DNA from: an uncultured Poribacteria bacterium
GTDB lineage: Bacteria > Poribacteria > WGA-4E > WGA-3G
DNA: 64,000 nt
NCBI GenBank assembly: GCA_951813565.1
Contig: OX638351.1
Location: 4,832,001 to 4,896,000, forward strand
Direction of reading: 5' to 3'
Below are positions 62,068-64,000 of this stretch, piece by piece (positions within the stretch are counted from its first letter, which is position 1; every line of letters starts with the position of its first letter). Under the pieces are notes generated by a model. It did no database searches. It saw only the letters and a program-made list of their open reading frames with translations, and was not told where the DNA came from. A program made the position numbers and the translations under genes.

Positions 62068-63879
62068 CTAACGAAGTGAAATTACAGGACAATAAACACC
62101 TTTTTGTTCTCGGTACCACCACGTTCCTTCCTCACGTTTCGTAGCAATGTCGGTAAAATGGTAATTGTAAAGCATTGCGCGGACATAACGTGGTGGTGTA
62201 TCGGGAAACGGATTATCTCTCAACAACTGCAGTACTTCAGGTTTGCCTTGTAGAAGTGCCCCCATAAAATCAAGAAACCATGAGGTATTTCGGTAGTTTC
62301 CTCGAAGGGCAGCAAACCACATCTGCCAGTCTAATCTCGGTTGATGTGGTACAACCCATCCGGGTGCACGGTGCAATTTACCGGGTTTCCATTTAAATTC
62401 GTAAGTTTTCCATGTAATTCTGTCGTTACTGCCTTCAATAATAATTTCAGGACGCGACTCAGTCATATCTGCAAATAGTCCGTAGGTGTTTACACTTCGA
62501 AACGGTCTCATCCATGCAAGTTCTGGTAGTCTCGCTTCTCTAAAAAGTTGTTCCCCAAATCGCATGCTGCTCACGAAGAAAAGAATTATTGCTACAGCCA
62601 CAAAGCAGATTTTACTAATTCTGCGCGGCGTATCTTTGACAACATGTATACTCGACATGAAACGTTTTGGTAGCAGAGATTTCCATGTTATATCGTCAAT
62701 CAAAAGTAAGCAAAGTGCTATAGTCAACAAATTAAAAAAGCAGTAATTTCCTGTTAGCAAAATTAATATTTGGAGACCTATTAACCCTATACACCCTGCA
62801 GTTCGTAAACGACGTGGTGCAAAGATTAAGAAAGGGACTCCTAATTCAATAACAAACATACCGATAACTGAGATTTTGTGAAACCACTCAGGCAATTGAT
62901 GGACATACCACCCTACCCACGTTGGCAATGGCTGCGTTTCATAGTGAAAATTGAGTGCGGTAAGATTACGCCATACCTCATCACTTGCAAGTTTGACAAA
63001 CCCAGAGGCAAACATTAAGCGGAATAGAAGCCAGCGTAATAACCACAAAAACGCAGCGGAAGGTTCGGACGCACGTGAAAATGTATCACGTATTTTGAAC
63101 GGTGCAAAAAAGATCGCCAAAAATCCTGCCTCAAGAAGCAGAACATCCCATTGGAAACTCAGGAAAACTTGCCCAACCGCTACTAAGGATAAATAAAATC
63201 CCCATAAACCGATTAGGCATCCGGTTGGGAAAAAGCCCGCGATTAAGACTAAAGAGAGGACAATACCACCAGCACATATAAGGTGAAGAAAAATATCTGT
63301 AGAATTTAACCAAAAAAGAGTCGGAACAAGGTGATAACCCTTCGCCCCTAATTGTTGATGGACAGCTGCTAAATAGTCGTCTGCTGGTAAAATCCCATTG
63401 CTTCCAACGAGTCCATGAATCTGCACCCACAAAGATAAAAATGCAATTAAGTAGATACACCCAATTCCTCGTAGAAAAACCCAACGTGAAAAAATGAAGG
63501 TTGTTCTTTCAGTGTGCGTTCCCCACAGCCAACGCGTCATCGCAGAGAAGAACGGACGATGCTTTGCAACAAATCGATAAATTGCTTCAGACAAGGGGGC
63601 AAACCCTGGTAGATTGTAGTAACACCAAAGGAGCAAGCGGTTATTTAGGGCACGTAAAACTGCCTCAGTACCAGAAAAAACCTGTTCGTTTTCTAAGATC
63701 AATTGCACTGAAGATTGAAAGGCTGAAAGTGGAATCTCTGGGAATTGTTGAGATACCTCTTGATAGGGAGCATAGTCTATACGATCTTGTGTAACGTGTT
63801 TCCACTGTGCAATCCAGTATCGGCAAAAATCGCAGTCGTTATCGTAGACAAGGAGCGGTTTGCTAACTTGTGATTGCAT
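62068..63879 (-). CDS. Lipase maturation factor (LMF) family protein with N-terminal DCC1-like thiol-disulfide domain
   Basis: YDNDCDFC; FQWD.LLLEAGF, HYETQPLP, N.YGLFA.MT..RPE, PHQPRLDWQMWFAAL. Confidence 0.9.
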   Translation of the reverse strand: MQSQVSKPLLVYDNDCDFCRYWIAQWKHVTQDRIDYAPYQEVSQQFPEIPLSAFQSSVQLILENEQVFSGTEAVLRALNNRLLLWCYYNLPGFAPLSEAIYRFVAKHRPFFSAMTRWLWGTHTERTTFIFSRWVFLRGIGCIYLIAFLSLWVQIHGLVGSNGILPADDYLAAVHQQLGAKGYHLVPTLFWLNSTDIFLHLICAGGIVLSLVLIAGFFPTGCLIGLWGFYLSLVAVGQVFLSFQWDVLLLEAGFLAIFFAPFKIRDTFSRASEPSAAFLWLLRWLLFRLMFASGFVKLASDEVWRNLTALNFHYETQPLPTWVGWYVHQLPEWFHKISVIGMFVIELGVPFLIFAPRRLRTAGCIGLIGLQILILLTGNYCFFNLLTIALCLLLIDDITWKSLLPKRFMSSIHVVKDTPRRISKICFVAVAIILFFVSSMRFGEQLFREARLPELAWMRPFRSVNTYGLFADMTESRPEIIIEGSNDRITWKTYEFKWKPGKLHRAPGWVVPHQPRLDWQMWFAALRGNYRNTSWFLDFMGALLQGKPEVLQLLRDNPFPDTPPRYVRAMLYNYHFTDIATKREEGTWWYREQKGVYCPVISLR

Positions 63880-63891
63880 CTGAATAGAGGA

Positions 63892-64000
63892 TTAGTTCCA
63901 TGCCCGATGAATTTTGGTGATTGCATCGACCACCTGATCCATATCCGAGTCAGAACCGAGGAGTAGATTTTGGAAAAGCCACACGCTCTGTTCACAAACT
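63892..64000 (-). CDS. 3' end of a gene, probably a DegT/DnrJ-type aminotransferase
   Basis: Own translation VCEQSVWLFQNLLLGSDSDMDQVVDAITKIHRAWN*. Confidence 0.5.
   Translation of the reverse strand, partial: VCEQSVWLFQNLLLGSDSDMDQVVDAITKIHRAWN

Overview
Bacterial chromosomal window, about 43% GC by eye. It most likely comes from Candidatus Poribacteria or a relative (inference from the LamG, PhyH, sulfatase, TolB-like and BMC-vertex gene mix and a shared C-terminal VxP...W(G/A)x(L/I)K tail on secreted proteins). Housekeeping genes: glyA 3' end, folC, hppA, ilvD, rimI, groES-groEL, cstA, xylA, thrC, scpA/scpB, a CCA-adding enzyme. Accessory blocks: a LolA-like/ABC/beta-barrel export operon, an EutN/CcmL plus two-component operon, a DUF2089 plus triplicated membrane protein plus M16 peptidase operon, and tandem GNATs. 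Mobile DNA: an intact IS3, a decayed IS3, a Tn5-like IS4 pseudogene, a TnpB-only element, an ISAs1 remnant and many nested MITEs/REPs. Most unusual signals: (1) a family of 34-36 bp hairpin micro-elements (AATCAAC plus a covarying stem) that insert precisely, mostly at C|G, including in frame into a gene and into each other; (2) a duplicated 201 bp promoter plus structured leader RNA whose copies differ mostly at unpaired positions; (3) a shared C-terminal tail on unrelated secreted proteins; (4) the DUF2089 operon with a palindrome inside its promoter. No rRNA, tRNA or CRISPR array was recognised.
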